Positions 39,637-50,956 of a DNA stretch of 64,000 nucleotides are shown here, one piece after another. Source of the DNA: Bigelowiella natans CCMP2755 (taxonomy: Eukaryota > Protista > Cercozoa); NCBI GenBank assembly GCA_000320545.1, contig ADNK01001434.1, forward strand, positions 82,205 to 146,204, written 5' to 3'. A program made the translations under genes and the position numbers. The stretch's first letter is position 1, and each line of letters begins with the position of its first letter. The notes beneath the pieces were generated by a model. That model had not been told where the DNA came from. It did no database searches and saw nothing but the letters and a program-made list of their open reading frames with translations.

Positions 39637-41854
39637 CGTAATAGTATTTTACAAAGAAGATATGTGATGAAAATGAAAAGGTGCAACCTGCCAAACAGTT
39701 AGGCTTTCCTATTTATGACAGAGAGGAAAGAGAAAGGGGGAGGAGAGAAGTTCTTTGTGGAAATGAGGGAGAAAAAGCAACCCATAGAAAGTAGACCTTT
39801 ATTTTTCTGTTATGCGAAGGTCGTGCTGGTGGCCATACTTGAGGCACTATTCTTCTTGCCCCTTAATCCTGCCTCTTGCGGTCGTGAATTTCTGGAATTA
39901 CGGCGTGAGCTGGCGGAAGCAACCAACGTACAGGAGCGTGACTTCTACCTCACTAAGGAGGATGGTATCGAAATTGATCCGTCTCGTAAGATATCCGCTT
40001 TCAATAACGGCTCCACAGCAGCAGAACTTGGCGTCAAGATTGGCCTGGATGTAGACGCTGTGAACGGTGTCATAGCTGCATCTGGCAAGCATGCCCGCAC
40101 GATGATCCGACAGGCGCTGAAGGAGGGTGAGGGGAGCGAAAACAGTGGATACTGGCTTACGCTTTTTTTCCAAATCTCCGAGAGCCAGGCGAAAGAGCTG
40201 GTCGAGTTTGAGCTGGACGTGGAAGAAGATGGTTTTGAGGTCAATGAACAGCTGCGCATCACTGAAGTGGTAAAGGGCACCAAAGCTGAATTGCTTGGAG
40301 TTCAATGTGGATGGCGCATCATCTATATCAATGATAAACGTGTCCGCAACTTGGAGGACGCTGTCAACGCCTTCCACATTGCGCATAGAATTGATCTCTC
40401 CTACACAATTCGCTTCCGCACCGACGTTCAGAAAGTAAACGGACCTCAATATGGTACTGTTTTATCGGAGGGGAAAGGCGGGGAGGTGTTGCAAACGGTA
40501 CAAGGCCACATTACTGGTAAACAACATTCTAGCAAGATGCTCGCGGACCGCGTCAAGAGTACGAGAAATCTTTATAAGGACATCAATCAGCCTAAGTAAA
40601 GACTCACAATCTGTAACATGAAGGGGTGCCATTGTTTTGAAATTAAATATTATATAAATATATATATTTATGTATACATTATGTGTATGTATATATAATT
40701 CCTTCGTTTGCTTCGATTGGTGCATGGCAACCTTACCCTTATCTTTTGCCTCTTTATTCTACTTCTTTAGGTACGTAATGGCGCGTAGCCTTCGGAAGCA
40801 GATGTCTAAGATGGCGCTGCTGGATACCCATAAGAAACGGTCGCATGAGATCTCTACACGGAAGCTTCGGAAGGCGAGTACATCAATTTCTTCCCTTGGA
40901 TCTTCACAGCAGCAGCGGCAATCGGAGAAATCCATAGAGATGGCGGATATTACGAGTTTTCCTTCCTGTTTCTCACCTACCAACAGCAACAACGAATTGA
41001 TCATGCTCAGCCCGCGGCGTGACATTCTGGAAAGCCCAGAGTCCATAATTCTCGAAGACAACACCATGCATAGTCCCAAGTCTTTCATCTTTGAAGAAAG
41101 GAATGAAAAAGGAAAGAGGGCGGGGGGACAGCAAGGTGGCTTGAACACTAGAGAGAAGAAAGCGGGAGAAAAAGCAAACTTAGAAGATGCTGAAGGGAGG
41201 AATGAAAAAATGAAGCAGAGTAAAAAGAATGGGGATCAGGTTAGTAAATTGGGAATGAAAAAGCGGGGGGTTAGAGGGAGTCGACGCAAGGAGAAATCTA
41301 CATCGTCAACCAGGCGTCGCCGAAAGGCGAAGCTATCATCGGCTTCCACTAAGCTGCCTTCATCATCGTCGTCAAATGTGACTAGCAATATGGAAGCAGC
41401 AGGAGAAGGAGGAGCTATGGAATTCAAGCGCGCTGGAGGGCATAGATCAAACAAAAAGAAAACAGCATCCGCAAAACGAATTCGTTTCACTGACGACGAT
41501 GTTCGAGGAGCATCGGCTGTTGCCAAGCCGTTGGCGATCATTACTACTAGCCATGAGGGCCACCTAGACACAAACGAAAGTGCACTGCAAGCTGAAAATG
41601 CTCGCGATTCCCAAACTGAATCAGACAGCAGCGAACGTAAGATTGAAGTTCAACCACAGCAACGACGGCGCAAGAGGCGGGAGCAGCAACAATCTTCACC
41701 ATCTAATTTCATCACTTCAGCGATCCCTGACACCTCACTTGCATCGTCTTCGTGCAGCAAAAAGAAAAGCAATGTGCCCCGAAGTGGGAAGGATGTTTCT
41801 GAAAGCTTCAAGAACGTCACTAGGGATTTTGACCACATCTCCATTGCTCTTTGA
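30459..41854 (+). CDS. PKD1/PKDREJ-like adhesion receptor: signal peptide, His-rich repeats, Pro/Thr mucin stalk, REJ, GPS, ~5 TM, two PDZ-like domains, low-complexity tail
   Basis: About 16 exons join in phase with GT-AG. REJ motif: [42 protein letters not shown]: [27 protein letters not shown]1-like segment: [31 protein letters not shown]-like: [20 protein letters not shown] and [26 protein letters not shown]. Confidence 0.85.
30721..30938 (+). repeat. Coding 15-bp tandem repeat encoding [S/G]H[N/S/F]PH x ~15
   Basis: Direct translation [30 protein letters not shown] and so on. The last unit is split by intron 1. Confidence 0.95.
31241..31858 (+). repeat. Coding repeats: 48-bp unit ([16 protein letters not shown]) x4, then a 207-bp tandem duplication (31445-31651 / 31652-31858)
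   Basis: Visible in both DNA and translation. The two 69-aa copies look identical. Confidence 0.95.
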
Positions 41855-42765
41855 AGATGATCATTCGCTCTCTCAATGCCCAAACACGCCTCACATTTCC
41901 AGTTTCTTCATCTGTTCCTGTTTCAATTCGGGCTTCAATTTCACTTTTTCAGCATTGCATTGTCTAGCTGTGATGCAAGTGATGCAATTGTCAACCTAGC
42001 AATTTGAATTGCTTCCACATTCGTGAAGATCACAAGTTTGACAGTGTTGCATGTCAGGCTAGCAGGCAAAAACTGTTTGCGCCTTTGAAGTGAGTGACAC
42101 CCGAACCCAATGCGTTCGTCATCCTTGTTGCGGCGATGACGAACTCATGCGGATGTGCTCGATTTCTTCCCATGCTGGCATGCCAGCATGACTGCCAGCT
42201 CTGAATTGCAGCAACGCTTTGTGTGCATGCCAGCTAGCCAGGTAGCCAGATCACATGCTAGCATGGCAGCTGAAAGGTTCAAGATTCAAAGTTCAAGATT
42301 TCAATGTTCGCGTGCTGTGCCAACAAGCGCTCGGTGCGCGCAGCGGGCACGCAATGCGACATGGCATGCATGATTTCGCTGCCCTCATCAGCCCATCCAC
42401 TTGCATTGGCGTGCAAGCGCGCATTTCTTGTTTTCACGGAAGAATCGCCAGAAAAGGGCGGAGCAGAAGATGGGACGGAAAACGAGCCGCATCTCTTGTC
42501 GTTGGTGGAAAATCGGCTATGATGGCAGAGTCTACACCAGCTACCAGCTCCTGTTCCTCCCCTTTCTGGTTGGTCATTGATTTTTGGATGATGGCATGAC
42601 CTCTTCGGGTTGACGGAGTCTTTCATCCCTCACTGTTGAAGCAGTCTTGTTTTGAGATGTGATGATTGTGATGATGACAAAAACGGAATGTCTGCAACAT
42701 TGTTCATTGCTCGTCGTTGTCAACTTTTCAACCTGAACTTCTGCTAGGGGTTTGATGAGGATCGT
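41641..42765. other. TpA-erased tract
   Basis: Manual count: 12 TA in 1125 bp, all in CTA or TAG context (7 CTAG). CpG is abundant. Confidence 0.9.
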
Positions 42766-43098
42766 GTAAAATAAAAAACATTAGAAACAAACAGCAACGA
42801 AGAGAATGTTTCGTTACCCCTTCCTGAAGAGAATTATCAATGGATGAGAAGGGTGATGCCTTCTTCATGGAAGGATCAACAAATTCGCGTTTTTCATTAG
42901 CTCAAGCAGAAAATCGAGTTGACACTCATGAAGTGTAAATAAGGGGAACAAAATCGAACTACCTGTTCTTATTTTTCAATGTACATTTGTTCATTTGCTA
43001 CATAATGGTACTGTGTGGGATAAGGATGATTTCCTACTGCGCAATGTGTCGTTGCAGTCGTTGCTTTCATTTCATACATCAGAATCTGCTTGCCAACA

Positions 43099-45800
43099 AT
43101 GTCCAAAAATCAACCTGCGTCGCCGAAAGCAATGAGCTTTTGGAAATCTCTTGAGAAGAAGGCACGAAACGAAGCTAAAGGTATGTCTTTCGTGTAAAAA
43201 TTGGAATTTACTAATTTTCTGCCTCAGGACGTACCAGTGGCTCGAAACCTCGGTCCCGCAAGGGCACAAGATCAAGGGGGAACTTGAAAGTTGATACAAA
43301 TTTGAATGATAAAAATAAATCACAATCGATATCAGAGGAAACGTCAGATCCCAACATAGAAACGAGCTCAATTGGGTCTGGATCGCCTGGTCCATATGAC
43401 CAACTAAACCGAAGAGATTTTGTAACTACGCCGGGGGAAATTACGTCTGCTGAAGGGAAATTGTCTCAACAAATGAAAGTCGGGAAAGAGCAAAAACCTT
43501 TGGCTCCCGACGGTTGAAGAAAATGAAGATTATTTAACCATGAAATGTTTATTTCAATTTATTTCTCATGTACTGATCAGGCATTGACAAAGACGTTCAG
43601 GAACTGATTCATTCTATGCTGAACGAACAGTATGAGAGTGCACAGACGCGGCTTGAAGATAAAGAATATCTGCAAAAGTTCTACATCCTTCTATACATTT
43701 TTTTAATTTAAGATGTTATATTCTAATTTTTCACAATAAGAGTGGCAATGGCAAATGCAAAGGCATCAATTGGAGATTTAACTGGGGTTGATGAGTTAAA
43801 TCAAGCTGATGCAAAAACCTTTCAAGAGGTTGCAAGCTGGTCTAGTTAGTCATCATAGTTTCCTTCCTATTTGAGATAAGTCATATTCTTCCATCAATTT
43901 TGTCTTTAAAACTACTTCATGCTACTTCATGCTATTCTCAGAATAATGAAGTATTGCTCGAAAAACTCTGGGATATTTTTGATACTGATAAGAATGGGGC
44001 ACTCAGTCCGCTTGAGAATAAGCGACTCATGAAGGTGTCCTGCTGGTCGTGTTCATGCATTTTCAGAACAACTTTTATTATGTTTGTAACAATATCCTTA
44101 GGCATATTTCACAGCGCAGCTAGAATTTCAAAAGAAGGTAATTAAGGATAGTTTCATTAATGGATTTCGGAGTGGGTTACCTGCGAGTATCCCCCACGCA
44201 AAATTTGTTCCTATGATCACAAAAGCTGCTGATAAGATAGAAGCTCTCGTGGAACAGGTGTAAATTACGCATCATGTGTTATGTCTGCTACAATTACATT
44301 CAAACCGTGGTATCTTTGCAGGCATTCAGGGAAAAAATGACTGAGCAAAATTATGAAAGGCTCCATTTGATTATAGAAAACGAGGACGGCAAAGTACAGA
44401 AAATGCATTTCGATTCCCACTTAAAAGGAAAAGTTTCTGATATCCTTTTCAGGTTCGGAAAACTGATTTTTTGGAGAAGTTTTACAAAGCGCAAAAGGAT
44501 TTCATAGATGAGGATGAGATATCAGAACAAATGATTAAGGAATTAATTCCTCCGCTCCAGGAAGATATCCTAGCTGTGGTACAAGCAGAATTGAATCAGA
44601 AAAGTAAAAACAGCGAGAGGAACAGTAGTGGTACTAAAAAAGAGTGATAATTGTTGAAATTAAGCTTGACAATTATGAAGATGCGTGGGAAATTTAATGC
44701 TTCTATTTATCAGGGAATCTAATTGCAGAAACTACCACAGCCCAGCAGGAAGACGCAGGGTTCATGGATGTAGATATTGATAAAAGCTGAAGCACTGCTG
44801 AGCTTCATGATAAATGATGCGAGCGAAACTGCTCTATCAAAGATCCAGGATAAGGAGTACATTGAGAGGTATCTAAATTTAAAATAGCAGGTTTCAAGAT
44901 ATTAAAACCACCCATCGAAAAGGGCATCGGCAGCAGCCATCAAAGCACAGTTAGGGGACACTTCAGATTTGGAAGACTTCAAAAAGTCGGAGATGAAAAA
45001 GGCTACAGATGTATGTCCACCTCACAACATAAACATCATATTGTAAGTTTGTGAGCCTTGAACTTATCGCAAAGAGATATCGTGGAGTTCTTAAAAAACT
45101 TTGGGACATATATGATGCCGACCGCAACGGGGAGCTTGATCCTGAAGAAAGTAAGAAGTTGATGCAGGTATGAAATTTAGATGGTATCGCAAGATTCTAT
45201 GAAAAGTTTCAATTAATATTATAATCACAGGGTTTCTTCAAAGTACAAATGAATAATTTTAAAATTCACTCGAGAGACCAATTTCTTAGAGCTGCTACAA
45301 GTGTAATACCCCCTGAGATCCCCGGCTATGAACAAGTGGTTACTAAAATCACCAAGCATGCAGATAAAATACCAGAATTACTAGAGAAGGTTAAGAAATT
45401 AAATGCAATGTTTTCTATGTTCATCGTGAAACATAGAGCTAACTGTAGATGTTTCCGGAATACGTAACGGAAGAGAGTTATGTGAAAGTTCTGAAGGAAC
45501 TTGATGAGGATGGAGATGGAAAGGCATGTACATAGCGAAAAGGGCTAATGTTCGATACAAATGCAGTGTTGGATAAATTTGGAAATGTATGATTAGATTG
45601 ACAAAAAGGAATTCCTAAGTAAATTCTTCGAAGCTCAGGAGCAAGCAATCAATTTGGCAGAATTATCCATGGAATTAACCATGGAGTTGATGCCTGGTGT
45701 TCAAGAAGACATCATGTCAGCTCTTCTTAGTGATGAAAATGGAACGAACATGGCGGCGATGTTGTCGTCTGATGATGAGTCGTCTAATAACGAGGAGTGA
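43099..45800 (+). CDS. EF-hand protein made of two tandem ~200-aa modules (one gene, or two adjacent paralogues)
   Basis: Module 1: LEKLWDIFDTDKNGALSPLE..ENEDGK|VRKTDFLEKFYKAQ. Module 2: LKKLWDIYDADRNGELDPEE..DEDGDGK|IDKKEFLSKFFEAQ. Five introns sit at matching positions in both modules. The junction near 44640-44790 is ambiguous. Confidence 0.8.
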
Positions 45801-45808
45801 ATATCCTT

Positions 45809-45858
<50 letters not shown>

Positions 45859-46527
45859 TCTCTATGTCTCTCTCTGTATTTAGAAGACTCCATCGATCAT
45901 GATGATGACAGCAAAAAATATTTCTCTGCAGACAGCTTTGTTTATTTCTCTGCAAACAGAATGATGCTCTAGTGCAACATCAAGCTCTACCTGCTACAAC
46001 CACTTTTACTATCAAAGCGTATTGATGCGCGTCTAGTCGCGGCCATCCTTTGAAATCATGCATGATTTTAGCAAGCTTGCCAGCTTGTGGCTAGATGATG
46101 CATGCATATCAAAGACGTGTAGATCTAGGGATGCGTGGATGCAAAGCGCATGAATCAAAGATAGCAATCTAGCAATGTAGAGTGGTAGTTTGTCACAAGT
46201 GATTAGGCATTAGGTCGTCGAGTCGCTAATGATTGCTAGATTGGGAAATAGAATTGCATCTGCATCATCCAGCGCTAGAGCTAGAGAGCGCTAGAGCGTT
46301 GAGTGGCCATTTCTGTGAAATTTGTCACTTCCACAAATTGCACAACACATCGGCTAACTATTGATAGTTCACAGTGTGGTAGTAACAGTGATGTTTTCAT
46401 TTGGTTGAATCTAATTTTGGAACAAGATACTAGATCATGCTAGCATGTGATCGAAATTCGAAAATTCATGAACTTGCTTATTCTTCCTTGTGCGTTTACA
46501 TCTTGAATACACCTACATTTCATAAAA

Positions 46528-47279
46528 TTAATTGGGATGCTCATTCCTAACGTGCCTCATGAGCCTATCTTTTCTTGGATACCCCTTTTTGCAAATGATA
46601 CATTTGAAGCGCCAGTTTCCGGTATGGAGTTGCTCATGAGATGAAAGATTGCTCAGATGATTGAAGCGACGATCACAATAGCGGCAAAGGTATGGACGCT
46701 CATTTGTGTGCATCCGGGTATGTGATTCCAGACTACTACGCTTTTCAAAGTGTTTAGGACAGTAATGGCAAGCAAAAACTATTTTCCTTCTCTGATGAGA
46801 TCTCGTTCGAATACTGGTTAGGTGTGTTCCTGAGAAAATTGGAAATTCCCCTCACAAATGCATCCACATTTACAAACTATGAAGCTACCCTGATCAAGCA
46901 ATCTTTCGCCCATCCGGTCATTGTTTGCAAGACGGTTTCGCTTTTTCTTTTCAGTGCGCCTGCTCTGATGGTCGAGCTCAAATTCAGACAGTGCTTTTCG
47001 CTTGCGATGCGGCAGGAGGTCTTCATCTGCAGTTGCAGTGGAATGTGGTTCAACTGATCGTTGGACATTCGTCTTGAGAGTTTCATTTGAACATGAGCTC
47101 CGCATGGTTGAGGCATCAATCACTTTTCTTTTTGTTTTCGTCCGCGACATTTGATAAGTAGCGTGACTATGCTTGGAATCGGTTGGTTTAGTGACCTCGA
47201 GGACACTCAAGTGCGGCAGTCTTGAGAAGCTAAAATCCGCATTTCTCTCCTCCTCCGCAAACAGCATCTCGTTGAGCAT
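46528..47279 (-). CDS. C2H2 zinc-finger protein with three fingers
   Basis: FACHYCPKHFEKRSSLESHTRMHTNERPYLCRYCDRRFNHLSNLSSHEQLHTGNWRFKCIICKKGYPRKDRLMRHVRNEH. It joins the upstream ORF through a ~58-nt GT-AG intron (~46831-46888). Start uncertain. Confidence 0.85.
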
Positions 47280-48758
47280 TCTCAACCCGGATTAGGGAGC
47301 CTCCTCACGTTTGCGGTGGGTCTTCTTCCAACTGTGTCAGAGGAGCACTAACGCAAGCTTGTGACTGAGACATCAACATGTCTTTTGGTGTCATGCTCTG
47401 TGTTGCTGCCTCGAGCTTGTTCATTTGCAAAGAGGCTAAAAAGTCGCCACCCTAGGTGATCTAGTGCTGTTCCTTGGAACAATCTAAAACTGCCTCAAGC
47501 TGATCTTGCACTTAGTGCCTGACTTCACATTGAAATCAAAATGATCCATTTTGACCTGACAAAACGCTGAATGGGGCATCTTTCCTATGCGACTGCCTTC
47601 GTTCCCACCTTTCAATGGAAAATCGCATGAAAGCCCAAATGAATGATTGAATCAATCATTTGTTCATCAAAATGTCCAATTCTCCTCCTTCTTGCTATTC
47701 TGTCCTCTTCCAACCAGTTCATTCTCGATTTGTGACCACCCATGTCCGTGCTAGCGTGTCTGCAGATCACTGCTTCTTCAGCAGCCATGCATGTGAGTCT
47801 AGCTGCGGCCTTGTTTTGCAATGACGAAATGAACACAATTCTGTCAATCAATCAATCCATGAACCTGTGCACCGTGCACGTGCTGTCACGATTGAAAAGT
47901 GGACAACAATGCAACGATGACAAAAATTATAGACACGTAATATCATATATATATTATAAAAAAACAAATCACTGGTTCAAAGAACAAGGAAGAAAACCTT
48001 CCAAGCCTCTTTGACTGAAGTGACACGTCGAGCCAGGCTGGCAGGCTCACAGGTCACTTCGCACCACCAACACGTCAGCGGTGCGTTGTGTCACAGTGTG
48101 AAACGCACAAGCCGTGACGTTCCTGGCTGCCTGCTGGCCATCACACACCAGCACACTGAACACACACACAGTGACTTCGCGAGCTCTGGAGCTGAATCAA
48201 GGGAGCACAGCGCAACGTCGACTTTCATTCGTGCATGCCCAAATCTGGCAAATGTGGCTTGGCGGCACTCTCCGCCGCAACCACCTTGCCCAGCTAGCCA
48301 GTTCTGGAGTTGCGTGCTTCGCAAGTGATGAGTGTTCAGTCAATGGACGCATGATTTCAGCAACTTGGATCCGCGTTTGCAAAAGCTACACATCAGCACA
48401 CACGCACATCACGAGATCAGCTGTGCACCTAATCAAATGCACCGTCGCGCTCCACCAGTCCACCCGGTGTGCATGATGCATCATCACTAGCTCTGGAGCT
48501 AGCTAGCTAGATCATGTCACATGCATCGATCCTGCGCATGCTAGCTAGCTAGCACACGCATGCGCTCATGGATGCGATTCTGCTCGCCATGCTCACACCA
48601 GCTAGGACATGGGATGCATCACATGAATGCAAGAATCATGCAAAACACTGAATTGACGTGGTGCATGCATGTGTTTCGACGTCCGCCTAGATGTTGTCGC
48701 ATTTCACATCGAGCAACTGTGCACGCACAAAACAAGTCTTGACTACTAGCGACACTCA
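47161..48758. other. TpA-erased tract with a ~33-bp TA-rich island at 47927-47959
   Basis: Manual count: 28 TA outside the island, all in CTA or TAG context. Confidence 0.9.
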
Positions 48759-49050
48759 TTATTTGTCTCAGGTCGGAGTAACCCGTGCCGAGTACCAAGC
48801 TCTAATGTCGACGTAATCATGCAAGCTCATTTCAAAGGCAACGTGATTTCATTATTCAATTTAAAAATGAGAACTAATGTCGCTTTGGACCATTTCAATG
48901 CGCGAAGTTTTAAACCGCGATCCTAATGCTATAAAAACTTAATGAAATGTGAAAGAGTGGCTAAGCTGCTTCGAAGATCCGAATCGAATCGAGATTTGTA
49001 AGGACCACTTTGCTCATGAAACATCTAACTGGAACATCTAAATGTAACAT

Positions 49051-49600
49051 CTAAGGAGCTTCTAAGGAAATGAAGGTGTCCGGATCGGGGGGTTGTAGCT
49101 CACCACTACTTCCAAACTTTTTGAATATCCTCATAATACTTGGAATTTTCTTCCTCTTTCTTGTTTGCTGAATATTTTGCTCATCAAAATCAACTTTTTT
49201 CCTGGTTGGCATCCCTCGGGGTCCTCCCGTCTCCACACAACCTTTCGTCTTTGAGTCTATGGCATCCACTACCGCCTCGAATAAGGCTGCGTCTTCGTCT
49301 TGGAAGGCCTGTCCGTTGTATTCTCCGATTCCAACACCTTCATGCACAGTTTTAGCACGATCGCGGTGGAGGTGGCCACCCTTAAGAATTCCTTTATCCG
49401 GCTGGTTTGACTTATTCGAAATCACGAGATAACTGCGATCCAATTCTGAAAATGGGAAGGCGTGTTTTGTGTTTCTTAAGATATAATTTAGAAGTTCGTG
49501 CCAAACCTGCACCCATGCACAATCCCATGGTTTCTGTTCGCTTGAACGCAATGAGATTGGGGAGCCTAATTTCTTTCGTTTCTCCCCTATTTTGCCGCCT
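49051..49600 (-). CDS. Hypothetical protein, terminal exon; possible weak helicase-associated-like motif
   Basis: Non-repetitive ORF of at least 166 codons containing WDCAWVQVWHELLNY. Upstream exons unresolved. Confidence 0.45.
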
Positions 49601-49983
49601 GCTGTTAGATAGGTAGGTAGTTATTGCCCTTTACGGGGATGGGACCTCCTAGAAAGGAACTGGTAGGTTGAGTCTCTTTTCGGGAGAATTGAGATGGTGC
49701 CCGTCGTTCGAAGGTGCTCCTCGTTCGAATGCTCCTTCGTTTGCGACCCACTTCATATTGTGCGAACCAAATCATAGAGGATTTTCACCTTGCGACATCC
49801 CTGGACATCATGCCTTAAGTTGTAGACAGGTACGCATCTTTACCGGTAATACATTTAGAAGCAGTTCTAATTTAATCACAGAATATTACCTGCCGCAGAT
49901 ACAAATTGACCTGAATTTATGCTCGGCGGTAGGCATAGAGGGATACGGAGCTGCGACAACAACTCACCACAGGGAAAGAAAGA

Positions 49984-50956
49984 ATGGCGTCGACTCGGCC
50001 GCGTCGACGTGGCTTCTCTCTACTCGTCGGCGTTCTGTCTCTCTTATCTGCAGAGGGATCTCAGTCTATCTGCTCGTCCACCAAAAATATTTATAGACCA
50101 GGGTCGTTGAGATTCAGGCTCGGGCGAAGAATAGGGGGCAGAACGGTGGGTTTTACAAGTGCCACAGGGTATGCGACCCCGTCCAAAAAGGATAGATACG
50201 CGGTCGTCGGCGCCACCGAGGAGGACTTGGATGTCTCATGGAAGATGTTCAAGGGTGTTGAATCAACAATCAAACAAGAGTGGTAACAAAAAAGAACAAC
50301 ATATTTGATTCACAAACATGGACGAATAGATAACAATGCTGCAGACACGTTCAGTAAATCAAAACATTTTCCAGGTATAGTAATCTTCAGAAACTGAGGG
50401 ATTATAAGAATGTCTATGGAGATTGTGCTCTTGGCTTTAGAGATGATGATGATAAAGAACTTGTCGCTTGGGTGAAGGTCTGGTGAAGATGCCGTTGTTC
50501 TGCTTCTTTTCTGGCCTAATGCACATGTCATACCACACAGGAACAGCGGCAGGAAAATCTAAAGGGTAATCTCGACCGTGTCCAAAAAGCTGAGCTTGAT
50601 GCACTAGAATTCCACTGGAAGAACGATTATTTCGACGATCAGGTTCAATAATATGTAACTTTCATATGCTTAGAACTGACTTCTCGTCTCGTATTGGTTG
50701 TTGTTGGTGGTGGTGGTGATTTGACCATTTCTTTCAGGCTGAATGGTTAGAAATGTTCAACGAGCTCAAGCAGTACTTGGGAACATACGGAACCCTCGAA
50801 ATATCTCCAATATCTTCCATAAGTAACCAACGGTTGATGCATTGGACTCATGTTCAGCGAGAGCTGGCCGGGGGAGGCATTCTTCCGGTGAAGCGCCGTG
50901 CCATGCTCGATTCACTCGGATTTGAGTTCGATGGACCCGCTGGATCAAATCATTGA
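49984..50956 (+). CDS. Helicase-associated (HA) domain protein with two HA repeats and a bipartite targeting leader
   Basis: HA1: KLRDYKNVYGDCAL..KELVAWVK|EQRQENLKGNLDRVQKAELDALEFHW. HA2: EWLEMFNELKQYLGTYG..LMHWTHVQRE..KRRAMLDSLGFEF. The N-terminus GFSLLVGVLSLLSAEG is followed by an Arg-rich stretch. Confidence 0.82.

Noticed and set aside
42430-42900. Possible decayed exons upstream of the EF-hand gene
   Set aside because: Purine-rich exon-like patches exist, but I could not build a coherent frame or recognise a domain.
41641-48758. Explaining the CA/TG-rich tracts as CpG methylation decay or classical RIP
   Set aside because: CpG is plentiful in the tracts and the missing dinucleotide is TA, which RIP would increase.
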